This document shows, one piece after another, positions 43,346-57,016 of a stretch of 64,000 bases of DNA. Source of the DNA: Eledone cirrhosa (Eukaryota); contig OZ024740.1 of NCBI GenBank assembly GCA_964016885.1, forward strand, positions 150,722,001 through 150,786,000, given 5' to 3'. A program made the position numbers and the translations under genes. Numbering within the stretch: position 1 is the stretch's first letter; the number at the start of each line of letters is the position of its first letter. The notes under the pieces were generated by a model. It ran no database searches. It saw only the letters and a list, made by a program, of their open reading frames with translations, and was not told where the DNA came from.

Positions 43346-43655
43346 CCACATAGAAACTGATCTAGGCTGCGTTTTCATAAATTCTTATTATACACACAGA
43401 GTTACATACAAATAAGTATATATATAAATTACATACACACTTTGTTACACACACGCCTGCGCACACACAAACAGACATACAAACAGACACACACGTACAT
43501 ACACACACATCCACGTATATATATAAATAAATAATTATATATGTACATATATATAAATATATATGTATATGATATATTATACATATATATACTCATATAT
43601 ATATGTATATATATACACGTACATATAATTATATACATATAAATATTTAAATATT

Positions 43656-43697
<42 letters not shown>

Positions 43698-43713
43698 TAT
43701 ATAAATACATATA

Positions 43714-43744
<31 letters not shown>

Positions 43745-44129
43745 TTCTTTATATACAAAGAGCTAACCACATACACACATATTTGTGTGTCTTTGTTGTA
43801 TGTATGTGAGTATGAATACACACGCAGGTAGACGCTTCATAAAAGAGAGTGAAGTAGACATGACTGAAGTGCTGAGTGGTTCCCTATTGAGTGTCTAAGT
43901 GAGCCCTTTAGGGATTCGGTGATCCTTTAATGACAGTTCAAAACCGTCTGAGTCACCGCTGTATATTTACAGTCAGTGGCAGAACACTTGACATTCCATC
44001 GCAAACAATCATGTGTCTGTCTGTATGTCACAGGTGGTAATTGTATGACAATCATGTAGTGCTATTATATACATGTGTATTTGTGTGTGTGTGTTCCTGT
44101 GATTTACGTGAAGGGCAGACGTGTATGTA

Positions 44130-44213
<84 letters not shown>

Positions 44214-44241
44214 TATATGTACATATTCATATATATACATA

Positions 44242-44330
<89 letters not shown>

Positions 44331-44594
44331 TCTAGTCGATCGACTTTCGTCAAATCGGACCGAGGAAACTATGTTTCCGTTGGTCTTTCCAATTGCTAAT
44401 ACTATCTATCGGTCGCAACTCCAGGTAGAAGGAGCAACGTGAAATAAAGTGTCTTGCTCAAGGACATAACGCATCGCCTGGTTCAGGAATCGAACTCACT
44501 CTATATATATATAACGAAGGAAATGTGGTAAGGAACCAGGTGGACCATAACGTCGAAACGGCTTGAGCTCAGCCGTCGGGGTCTTACTTGTTCC

Positions 44595-44630
<36 letters not shown>

Positions 44631-44985
44631 TATATATATATATATTCCTTTTTCTTTTTTCTTTTCACTTCATAAACCTTGGTTGTATATAACATTATTC
44701 TTACTGTACCTTCTGTTTAACATGTGCGACACCACACTAATACATTTCACTATCATTTGATAATGCATAAAAATGGTGAAACCGGTAATAGACAATTATT
44801 AAATATATAAATAGATAAATAAAAAATGCCATTGTTAAATAATAAATAAATCAACTAATACCTTAACACTTCACACAAAGTAAAACATTTCTTTTTAATC
44901 ATTTTATAACCCAGAAAAGAGAGAGAGAGAAACAAAATAGGAAAAAAATATATTTTTCTTCCTAATATCGTCTCTTTCTCACTGT

Positions 44986-45062
<77 letters not shown>

Positions 45063-45067
<5 letters not shown>

Positions 45068-45472
45068 GGGTGCGTATGATTGTGTATAGAAGATTATATT
45101 AATAAAAGGAATTCCAACTTTGTCCGATTTACTCGTTTTATTTACAATGCTTTAAAATTATAATGATATTTTAATGAAATAGTATGTAGAATATTAAATG
45201 TTAAATGTTAGTTGAACAAGTACTTTCATGCTTTCGCAATCTTCAGGTTTATATTCAGTGGTGACAGACAATTTTTGCAATTTTCAACTGAAGATTGCGA
45301 AAGCATGAAAGTACTTGTTCAATAAACATTTAACATTTAATATTCTACATACTATTTCATTATAATATCATTATAATTTTAAAGGATTGTAAATAAAACG
45401 AGTAAATCAGACGTAGTTGGAATTCCTTTTATTAATATAATCTTCTATACACAATCATACGCACCCGTGTAT
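45063..45472. mobile_element. Fold-back HHR element
   Basis: About 180-bp inverted arms. HHR CTGAAGA-ttgc-gaaa-gcat-GAAA-gtac-TT-gtt at + 45288-45319 and - ~45216-45250. Confidence 0.8.
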
Positions 45473-45479
45473 ATTTATT

Positions 45480-45641
<162 letters not shown>

Positions 45642-46142
45642 TATATGTGTATATATGAATATATACATATATATTTATATATATTTATATATATATTTAT
45701 ATATATCTAATACAATTAGAATAATTGTTATTCCGGAGAAACGTCCAGTGAGTTTTTCTGCTGGGAAACATTCATCATAGATATTATTTATGTTATGCTA
45801 CTTTAAATGAGTATATATATATATACTGACTGTAAATATACGGCGGACAACAGAGGGCACGTACCATTCCTATCCGACAGATAACTTTCCTCCTCGGACC
45901 CCCCCCCCATTGATGGATACGAAATCCGAATTATAGGTACAATTAAATCTCTTCCATGGTAACTCTATCTCTCGTTATTATTTTTACTTTTACGCTCTTT
46001 CCTTCGTTCCTCTACACACTATACGTACGTCTCATTCTACATTTCCTCTTACATCTTTCTCTTCACCACCGGATTCTGTTACCCGGAGATTTACCCATCT
46101 GAATTGTTGAGGCTTCCAAAATGACCAAATTTTATATATTTA

Positions 46143-46210
<68 letters not shown>

Positions 46211-46600
46211 AAAAAAACCACAGACCCTCCATCTCAACTCTACTTTTGAAAAGCAGAAGAACTGCGAAACCGGTAAAGGAACCATATAAATATATATATA
46301 TTTTTTTTAAATAAGACTCCAGTTGCATTTTCTAGTTCATCTTTTTTTCTTTATACTTTCACTCGTGTAGGACACCTCGGTTATTTTTCATTTTGTAAAA
46401 AAAACCCTCACTTTCTAATATATATATATATATATATATACTTTTTTCTATTTCCCACTCTACTACCCTAAGTATTGAGTACTCTGGTGCGTTATGGTCC
46501 ATCTGGTTCCTTACCACAATTCCTTTGTTATATATATATATAACTGGCTTTCTTAACCACGAACTGGATCACAAAAAGCAATTTTCTGCTTCCCTAACTA

Positions 46601-46631
<31 letters not shown>

Positions 46632-49241
46632 TTCGTTTCTGAATTTGTTTAGCAAGATTCTTTATCTGAAATCGTGTGTTGAAACCGATATTGTTATACT
46701 TTGGGAGGGTCATGTTGCCAATAAGAAACACACGCACCAGATGCTTTCACTTCAATTTATTATAATAAATTTATACATTTATAAATTTCTGGTTGGTTGG
46801 TTGGTTCCACAACCAGATAGTTGTTTATATATTGTCATAGTTCTTTCGTCACACACTCTGTGACCTCTTCAGTGACTGGGGATTCCTTTCTTTGTTTCTG
46901 TGCCTCTCCTTTGTTCTGTCCTACGCCATTTTGTTTCTGTGTGTGTGTTGTGTGCTCAGTCTGCGCATGCGCAACATCCGGGTGTCTGTGTGTGTTTATG
47001 TTCATTTATTTATTTGTTTATTTATTTACATGTTACTGGTTGGTTGTTTGTTCTATGTGTGTGTGTGTTTTCATTTTGTCCTTAATTGTAAGTTGTGATG
47101 TTGCTGTTCCACTCATATTTTCTATTTAATTTTGGTTGTAATTCTTTTATGTTTATTGCCTCTGTGATTTGTCGAAACGTTGCGTCTTTTCTGTGTGTAG
47201 ATTCTATTTTTATTTCTATGTTCTCTAATTTACCCTTGTGTTCTATTTTAGCATGTTGGTAGAGTACAGATGATTCTTTACTATCTTGAAGGTCTCGCCA
47301 GTGTTCATTTATCCGTTCCCCTACACTACGAGCTGTCTCACCTATGTACACTATATATTTTTTTGTCTCTACATTGTCCTTCAGTACATCTTATGCTATA
47401 CACTAAATTTCTAGTTTTACAGTTAATATGGGGGCTTATTTTACAGGTTATACATTTCTTATCTATACATGAGGGTCTTTGAAAAGGGTATGTCTTGCTA
47501 ATAAGTCTTTTTACGGAGGTACCTGGTCTTTCTACTATCTTAATGTTGAGTTTATGTTTACCTAGGGCCCTTCTAAATTTGTAAGCTAATTAACCTCTAG
47601 GGGTTGTATCGATGAACATTACACTCTGGTATTTATTGCTATCATACCATGAGTTTATTCTATTAGTCTTGTTCCTAGTTCTTTCTATTCTATTCCAAAA
47701 TTTGCTCCTATACAAGGGGCAGCTCCCATTTATGTCATTATTTACCATTTTTTCCCACTAGAGAACAGTCAGGAACTAGAGAAAAACACCATGGAAAGCA
47801 TCCAGCAAATAGCTAACTCCATCCACCAGAGCATTAGAGTTACTATAGACTACCCAAGTAAACACCCCAACCATCGATTACCTGTACTAGACACAGAGCT
47901 CTGGTTAGATACCATTAATAACAAGAAAACAAATCCTCCATTCCCATTATGCCAAACCCATGACTTCCAAACATCTCATCCACCGAAACTCGGCCGTATT
48001 GGACCATACCAAAATCAACATACTGATTGCGGATTTGGTACGGGGGATGAGAAACGTGTCCCGCATGTGCAACCCCGAAGAATTAGAGAGACACATACAA
48101 CACCTCATCCACCGTATGCAGTTCTCTGGCTACAATCAGAGAGATAAAATCAGAGTGTATAGAGGAGCCAGAACCAAATGGGAAAAAATGGTAAATAATG
48201 ACATAAATGGGACCTGCCCCTTGTATAGGAGCAAATTTTGGAATAGAATAGAAAGAACTAGGAACAAAACTAATAGAATAAACTCATGGTATGATAGCAA
48301 TAAATACCAGAGTGTAATGTTCATCGATACAACCCCTAGAGGTGAATTAGCTTACAAATTTAGAAGGGCCCTAGATAAACATAAACTCAACATTAAGATA
48401 GTAGAAAGACCAGGTATCTCCGTAAAAACACTTATTAGCAAGACATACCCTTTTCAAAGACCCTCATGTATAGATAAGAAATGTATAATCTGTAAAATAA
48501 GCCCCCATATTAACTGTAAAACTAGAAATGTAGTGTATAGCATAAGATGTACTGAAGGACAATGTAGAGACAAAAAAAAAATATAGTGTACATAGGTGAG
48601 ACAGCTCGTAGTGTAGGGGAACGGATAAATGAACACTGGCGAGACCTTCAAGATAGTAAAGAATCATCTGTACTCTACCAACATGCTAAAATAGAACACA
48701 AGGGTAAATTAGAGAACATAGAAATAAAAATAGAATCTACACACAGAAAAAACGCAATGTTTAGACAAATCACAGAGGCAATAAACATAAAAGAATTACA
48801 ACCAAAATTAAATAGAAAATATGAGTGGAACAGCAACATCACAACTTACAATTAAGGACAAAATGAAAACACACACATACATAGAACAAACAACCAACCA
48901 GTAACATGTAAATAAATAAACAAATAAATAAATGAACATAAACACACACAGACACCCGGATGTTGCGCATGCGCATACTGAGCACACAACACACACACAG
49001 AAACAAAATGGCGTAGGACAGAACAAAGGAGAGGCACAGAAACAAAGAAAGGAATCCCCAGTCACTGAAGAGGTCACAGAGTGTGTGACGAAAGAACTAT
49101 GACAATATATAAACAACTATCTGGTTGTGGAACCAACCAACCAACCAGAAATTTATAAATTTATAAATTTATTATAATAAATTGAAGTGAAAGTAGCTGG
49201 TGCGTGTGTTTCTTATTGGCAACATGACCCTCCCAAAGTAT

Positions 49242-49246
<5 letters not shown>
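46632..49246. mobile_element. PLE (RT C-terminus, GIY-YIG and 3' region) as a divergent inverted pair: - arm 46632-47757, + arm 47758-49246
   Basis: LPVLDTELW, CIICK...NCKTRNVVYSIRC, YIGETARSVGERINEH, RQITEAINI..LNRKYEW. Frameshifted; both ends in (TA)n. Confidence 0.9.
49061..49103 (+). ncRNA. PLE-associated minimal type I HHR; copies on - at 46834-46876, 57201-57243, 59250-59292
   Basis: gtca-CTGAAGA-g-gtcaca-gagtg-tgtgac-GAAA-gaac-TA-tgac. Confidence 0.82.
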
Positions 49247-49307
<61 letters not shown>

Positions 49308-50619
49308 ATAATAATAAATTTGAATACTAAAATCAAAAGAGGGCTCGATAAGGATAAATATATATCAAATATATAAGAACCGTAGAGCAAATATTTATTA
49401 AAATAACAGATTAAAGTTTAAGCAAAGAATCGCTTCTGGAACTAAACTGTGAACGCAGAAGTAAATATTTCGAAAAACGTTGCCGCCGAAGGAAGACAGG
49501 AAGACGATACTTTGGTTCGTGGAAATGTTCCCTGGCAAAGAACGGAAAAAAACGAAAATAACTGTTTCTACTTTTGGCACAAGGCCAGCAATTATTTCCA
49601 GTGTATTACTGGTACTTTATTTTATCGACCCCGTAAGGATGAAAGGCAAAGCTAAGCAAAGAAAAAAAAACGAAAATAATACGTCATAATTAGGAGCGAT
49701 GAAAACAATTACACGCAAAGACAAAACAATGTCTATGGTATAAATGATGTCGTAGACTAATATTCTATTAGGAGATTCGTGTAGACGTTCTCTGGCAATG
49801 AACGGAAACAACGAAGATAATAGGTCATTATGTGGAGCGATGAGAACAATTACACGGAAAGACAAAACCCCGTTTATGGTATAATTGAAGTCGTAGAATA
49901 AGATTATATTTAGGAAACCGAATGAAACTCGGCTTCAGAGTTAAGAATAATATAAATAAATTACAGAGGTAATTGAAATCAACAAAAATTAAATATATAC
50001 ATGCACGAATCCATATAGTACATACACATGCATACGCGAAAACACACGCCATGGGTATGCAAATAACAAGCACATACACAAAAAAACAAGCACGCACATA
50101 CATAACTCACGCAACGCCTCTACCCGCACACATACGAACGTATACACCAAATACACATAAAAATATATATATAAAAAAAATATATATATATGTGTGTGTG
50201 TGCGTGTATAAATATAAATATATAAACGTATATAAATACACACACATAAATACGTATATAACGCCTGCGCACACATACCTACATGTAAATACACATAAGT
50301 TAGCTAAACATACGTCAACCAAAACATAAAGTACACATATACACACACCCTACATACGTACGAACCCGCATACTCGCACAGACGCAAAACTCACGTATAC
50401 ACATAACCATATGCACATGTACCAGTATATATAATATAATATATACGCCTATAACATATACAATCAAATATACGTACCTTCATAAAACATACAGGTAATA
50501 TATATATACTTACCTATACAAATAAGTAATGGTATAAACATAACATATACTTAGCTACCACATCACGCCTTAAAATATCCGCGTATAGTTCGTACTATCC
50601 GTTAGGGTATAATGTGGGG

Positions 50620-51772
50620 CTATAACACAGGAAAGTTTTGTGCAATTTATGTTTACAAGCAGAAATTGCCTCAGAATTTTTGTTTAAGATGTAGTCTTCG
50701 GCGTAGAGTATTTACAGGGTTTCAGTGGCGCAGAGGTCACATGGTCTTTTATTTCCGTTATATGATCTAGCCTTACCTAGGATCTCCAAGTGTAACTTAT
50801 ATAGGGTGTGTTGTCTTTTAGACTCCAGATATAAGCTGAAAGTGACGTCATATTCCTTTTTAAAGGGTTAAGAAAAGATTGGGTATGCATGTAAAGACGC
50901 TGCTTGAATCTATTGGCGGTTAACCCTATGTAGGCCCTACGGGACTTGGGTGTTGCAACCATACATTAGTAGAAAATGTTACTAGAGAGTCATTTCCCGG
51001 ATAGGGGCAATCAACCCGATTCCTACAATTACAGTTAATATTATCTACAGGGTTGCACGTAGTCATACGGCTAGGTAATTTAGCTAAATTTGAAGCTGTG
51101 ATGTTATGTACAAGGTTAGGAGTCGTAGAGTAAGTACTTTTAATGGTATTTCTATTAAAAATGTTACTATATTTATGTGCTGGGGGGAAATGCTTCATAA
51201 TAAGGGAGACAAAGATCTTAGCTAATGGTGTGGCCACCTCCATATTATATGGTGGGTTATTCCATATAATGCGTCGGAATCTATTTTTCCTAGGTCTATT
51301 CTCATACTCTGTATATGCTACCTTATCGAAAAATCCACTCCGAGCAAGAGCTTCATTGTAATATGTGGAATGGTCGGTGAAAATATGCTCGTTTGTAGAT
51401 AGATGGGAAAGCCCCAGGTTCTTGGTTATACTGGCAGGATGGTTAAAATGCTTACTTATGTAATTAAGCTTATCATTCGGCTTTCTATACGAGTAATACA
51501 AGCCATTCGACAAATTGAGAGTAACGTCGAGGTAATTAACTACCGAGAGGTTTGCCTCAACCTGTATGGAGAGGTTGAAGCCTTTAAAGAAGGCTGTGAG
51601 TTCTTTTCTGAACCTGTCGCAAGCACGTGGGCCGAACTTTGTCATGGTTAAAAGGCCGTCATCACGGTACAATCCACCGCCAACGTTGGGGAATTCTTCC
51701 TTGATAGAGAAAAGAAGGTAAAGGCCGATAACATCAGTAACCTCCGCAGAATCGGTGGCGACCATACCGTAG
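50620..51772 (-). pseudogene. 5'-truncated Naiad-type PLE (RT C-terminus plus GIY-YIG), frameshifted
   Basis: GLYRDDGL, VNYLDVTLNL, IWNNPPY, CNCRNRVDCP (CxCx5C), YIGLTANRFKQR..H, TSLSAYIW. Confidence 0.88.
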
Positions 51773-51845
51773 GGTTAATAATATATATATATATATATAT
51801 CACATAAGAAACGGAGAATCAGTGGTGCGACGAATAAGATTTATT

Positions 51846-51942
51846 AGACATATTACAATAGTTTCTCTGGCGACCTGCTCGAGGTACGATCGATGCAGTG
51901 ATCAAACCTGACTCTGAAATCACAAGATCCTCGGATATGTCT
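51846..51942 (-). ncRNA. Type I HHR-like motif, U4C core variant, in a ~170-bp insert between TA tracts
   Basis: Reverse strand: agacatat-CCGAGGA-tct...aga-GAAA-ctattg-TA-atatgtct, with an 8-bp stem I. Confidence 0.6.
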
Positions 51943-51968
51943 GGATTCTACGAAGTAGAGTTTTCAAA

Positions 51969-52009
<41 letters not shown>

Positions 52010-52028
52010 TTGTTGCTTTTTACTCTCC

Positions 52029-53050
<1,022 letters not shown>

Positions 53051-53088
53051 TAATATCCGTAGTGGTAGAGCACTCAGTCCATGGGACG

Positions 53089-55290
53089 AGTTAGTTCACC
53101 ATACCAAGAACAATTGTTTCACCTTAGCGGATCCTCAGCTCGTAATGGACATGGTTATATGGAACAGGAAAGACACCCGTATGAACGCGCATGCGCAGAA
53201 ACGGTCACTTCACTCAGGCAATACTAAATTGCGTGCGAGAGGTGTAAGGGAGATAACTGCGAAAGTCCGAAAGTTTCTAGTTGATAAGAAAAATAGGATG
53301 TTGTTGTAATTCAATCCGGAGCTTTGTAGTGATGTAAGAGGTGTTTCCAGGCGTGTGGACAATGTGTGAAGAATTCATTTCTTCAGTTTACGCAATCGCT
53401 ATTGCGTAATCTATTTAGAATATTTATTCGTTCATCAATACATAGTCCACACGACGGATATCCACTTGCGTATGGCTTGGACTTAGTGATGGCTTTCCAT
53501 TGAATGAAGTAGTCTATACTTGAGTCCTTGAGGGACCATACGTGGTTCGCGAGTTTCGTGGATGAACGTCTGTCCGGGTACCTAAAGGTCGACTGGTTTA
53601 CTTAAAAACATAGTTAAGACCATAAGACCAAGTCCAACCTGTCCCAGTGGGAGAACAGCGACTTCGTAATTAAGTGGTTCAACTCCTTAAAATCCAAAAA
53701 AGCGAAGTTCACACAGTTTGACATTGCTGATCTCAGAGACCCTGATAAAGAAAGCGTTGGACTTTGCTACAACTTACACTACCGTCCATGGTTTAGACGG
53801 AAATAATCGCTCACTGCCGGAAAAACCTCCTCTTCAACAACGGAGTAGCCTGGGCAAAGAAGTCAACAACTTCAGACCTGTTCGACGTCTCCATGAAATC
53901 GTTTGACAGTGCTGACGTATGCGACTTGGTTGGCCTATTTATTTTAGACATATTACGTGTTAGATTCCCGGACTTCCACACGGGAATATACCGCGACGAT
54001 GGCCTGGCCTTATTGAGCGATAAAAGGGGTCACGACCGGTTTAAAAAAGACTTAGCTTCTACCTTCATTGAGTTAGGGCTTAGGATAACAGTAGCTACTA
54101 ACCTCTCTAGCGTAGATTTCTTAGACATTAATTTAGACCTTCGCACACACACCTACAGACACTTCCATAAGCTTAAAGAAAAACTCAATTACATTCACAA
54201 GGACTCATGCCACCCTCCCATAGTTTTTAGAAACTTCGTAAATAATATCAGTACTAGAATCTCAAACGTCTCCTCTAATAAGGCTATCTTTGACAGGGCG
54301 GCACCCTACTATAACAGGGCGTTAGCTAACAGCGGCTTCTCGCAACCTATCACTTACTCTCCCACTAACAACAACAACAATAAGAAAAGAAAGCGTAACA
54401 ATAGACAAATTAGCTGGTTCTCTCCTCACTTCTCACTCAACGTTAAAACCAATGTAGGCAAACAATTTCTAGCCCTCTTAGATAGACACTTTCCCATAGG
54501 TCATAAATACCGCTCCATCTTTAACCAACACAAAGTAAAACTAGGATACTCCTGCGCTAAGAACATGAAGGCCCACATCACCAACAGCTCTAAGAGCAAC
54601 ACTCCACCAGCGTGCTCTTGCCGTAAGCCCGAAGCTTGTCCCCTTCAACAGCAATGCAACATACCCGCTGTAGATTATGAAGCTGCGGTCACTTCCAACC
54701 GACCAAATCAATCTCAGAAGGTCAAATCATATGTATGTATGGCGGAGGGCCGATTTAAGGAAAGCTTCCTGAACCACCAGTCGACCTTTAGGTACCCGGA
54801 CAGACGTTCATCCACGAAACACGCGAGCCAGGTATGGTCCCTCAAGGATTCAAGTATAGACTACTCTATTCAATGGAAAGCCATCACTAAGTCCAAGCCA
54901 TACGCAAGGGGAAAACCGTCGTGTGGACTATGTATTGATGAACGAATAAATATTCTAAAGAGATTACGCAATTGCCTAAACTGAAGAAATGAATTCTTCA
55001 CACGTTGTCCACACGCCTGGAAACACCTCTTACATAGCTACAAAGCTCCGGATTGAATTAGAACAACATCCTATTTTTCTTATCAACTAGAAACTTTCGG
55101 ACTTTCGCAGTTATCTCCCTTACACCTCTCGCACGCAATTTAGTATTGCCTGAGTGAAGTGACCGTTTCTGCGCATGCGCGTTCATACGGGTGTCTTTCC
55201 TGTTCCGTATAACCATGTCCATTACGAGCTGAGAATCCGCAAAGGTGAAACAATTGTTCTCGGTATGGTGAACTAACTGTTGTGTAACCA
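53089..55290. mobile_element. Naiad-type PLE as a divergent inverted pair: - arm 53089-53597, + arm ~53600-55290
   Basis: 53089-53597 is the reverse complement of 54776-55278. Confidence 0.88.
53893..54984 (+). pseudogene. PLE RT-GIY-YIG fragment (Naiad-type)
   Basis: GIYRDDGL, VDFLDINLDL, WFSPHFS, CSCRKPEACPLQQQC, CGLCIDER. The GIY-YIG motif is decayed (YVCMAE). Confidence 0.88.
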
Positions 55291-55305
55291 TTCTCTATAT
55301 ATATA

Positions 55306-55547
55306 TAGTTATGTAATAAACAACATAAGATAATTATTTCATTTACCAGTGGTTTCTTGAAAGCAAACAGATCTGCTTTCAGTCGTCATAATGAAAACAT
55401 CCTGGTGTTCTAAAGCAGATTTGTTTGCTTTCAAGAAACCACTGGTAAATGAAATAATTATCTTATGTTGTTTATTACATAACTAATGACCTCTGTAACC
55501 TACATAGAGCACTCTTTTTTCCTGGACCTTTCCGGCGGAATTACTAC

Positions 55548-55550
<3 letters not shown>
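55306..55550. mobile_element. Fold-back element with an HHR-like motif (C3A); relative at 26981-27110
   Basis: On - at 55337-55396: tttcatt-ATGACGA-ctgaaagca...tgctttcaa-GAAA-ccactgg-TA-aatgaaa. Confidence 0.65.
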
Positions 55551-55631
<81 letters not shown>

Positions 55632-55747
55632 ATATATATATATATAGTAATAATAATAAATTTGAAGACTAAAATCCAAAGAGTTATTTTAATAAATATA
55701 TATATATATATATTTAAAAAAATAGAGGTGTAACACACGAATTGTGA

Positions 55748-56112
55748 TATATTAGTAAAAGGAAAAGAAAATGCTGACAAATTTTTCCCAGTGAAAAATA
55801 GTTTAATTAGGAATAAGTATGAATTAGTAATAAGTATTGGTTAGTATTCAGTTTTAGTTTTAAGTTTTTACCGGTTGCGCATTTCTAATGCTTTTCAAAA
55901 ATAATTTTGAGATAGAGCGCTCGTGATGATTAGAGCAAATATCACGAGCGCTCTATCTCAAAATTATTTTTGAAAAGCATTAGAAATGCGCAACCGGTAA
56001 AAACTTAAAACTAAAACTGAATACTAACCAATACTTATTACTAATTCATACTTATTCCTAATTAAACTATTTTTCACTGGGAAAAATTTGTCAGCATTTT
56101 CTTTTCCTTTTA

Positions 56113-56119
<7 letters not shown>
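55748..56119. mobile_element. Perfect fold-back element with a U3-A8 HHR (GAAA changed to GCAA)
   Basis: About 180-bp arms with a 13-nt spacer. On + at 55967-56002: ttt-TTGAAAA-gcat-tagaa-atgc-GCAA-ccgg-TA-aaa. Confidence 0.75.
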
Positions 56120-56162
<43 letters not shown>

Positions 56163-57016
56163 TGTTCATTCATGGAACAAAGCGCTAAATAAGCTTTCGT
56201 GACCCAATATTGACCATATCTCCAGAAGGTAAGAGGGATCAAGCTTGTGACATAATATTCAGGCGTTTATACCAGTGTATAAGATGCCGTTAAAAGTAGT
56301 GCGTGTAAAAATCGTATTATAATCGTATTATAACCAGGGAAATATCTCATATCTAAACTATAATAAAGTAAGAAGCGCGGGACTGCTTACGGTTTATAAT
56401 TCTTTATCCCCTTAGTAAAACAAGTTGGATTTCTTCGAATAAATAATGAATGAATATTACATAATTCATCCACTAAATTTCGTGGCTGTTCATTAAATAT
56501 ATGTTATTACTTATTTAAAGATTCACTTCTTTAAAATGTTCAAATGTCAAGACTTCCGTTTAGGGTCGTTTAAATATTCGTTTAAATATTCATATATTTC
56601 TCTCACTAATTTTCTCTTAATGCAGTTTATATATAATATCGTCTTTTTTTAATGTATCATGGATTACGTTACTGATTACATAAGGGAGTGTAACACAGTA
56701 TTCGTTCAATTTCTGTGTATATTGTCTTTTACGATTTTATTTGATGTATAATATCAATATACACACTACACATGCTAGCAGATATATAATATCGTCTTTT
56801 TTGAATGTATCATGGATTACGTTACTAATTACATAAGAGTAATTACATAATTACATAACACAGTTTTCGTTCAATTTCTGTGTATATTGTCAATTACGAT
56901 TTTATTTGATGTATCATATCTATATGCACATATACTTGAGTATAATATCAATATACACACTACACATGCTAGCAGAAAAACCACCCATCGGGTGGTTTTT
57001 CTGCTAGTATATATAA

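Noticed and set aside
54982-54984. In-frame TGA in the Naiad ORF (LN*RNEFFTRCPH) as selenocysteine
   Set aside because: Some Naiads encode Sec at Cys positions, but the equivalent residue is K or L in the other two Naiads here and the conserved Cys codons are normal. It is more likely a nonsense mutation shared by both arms.
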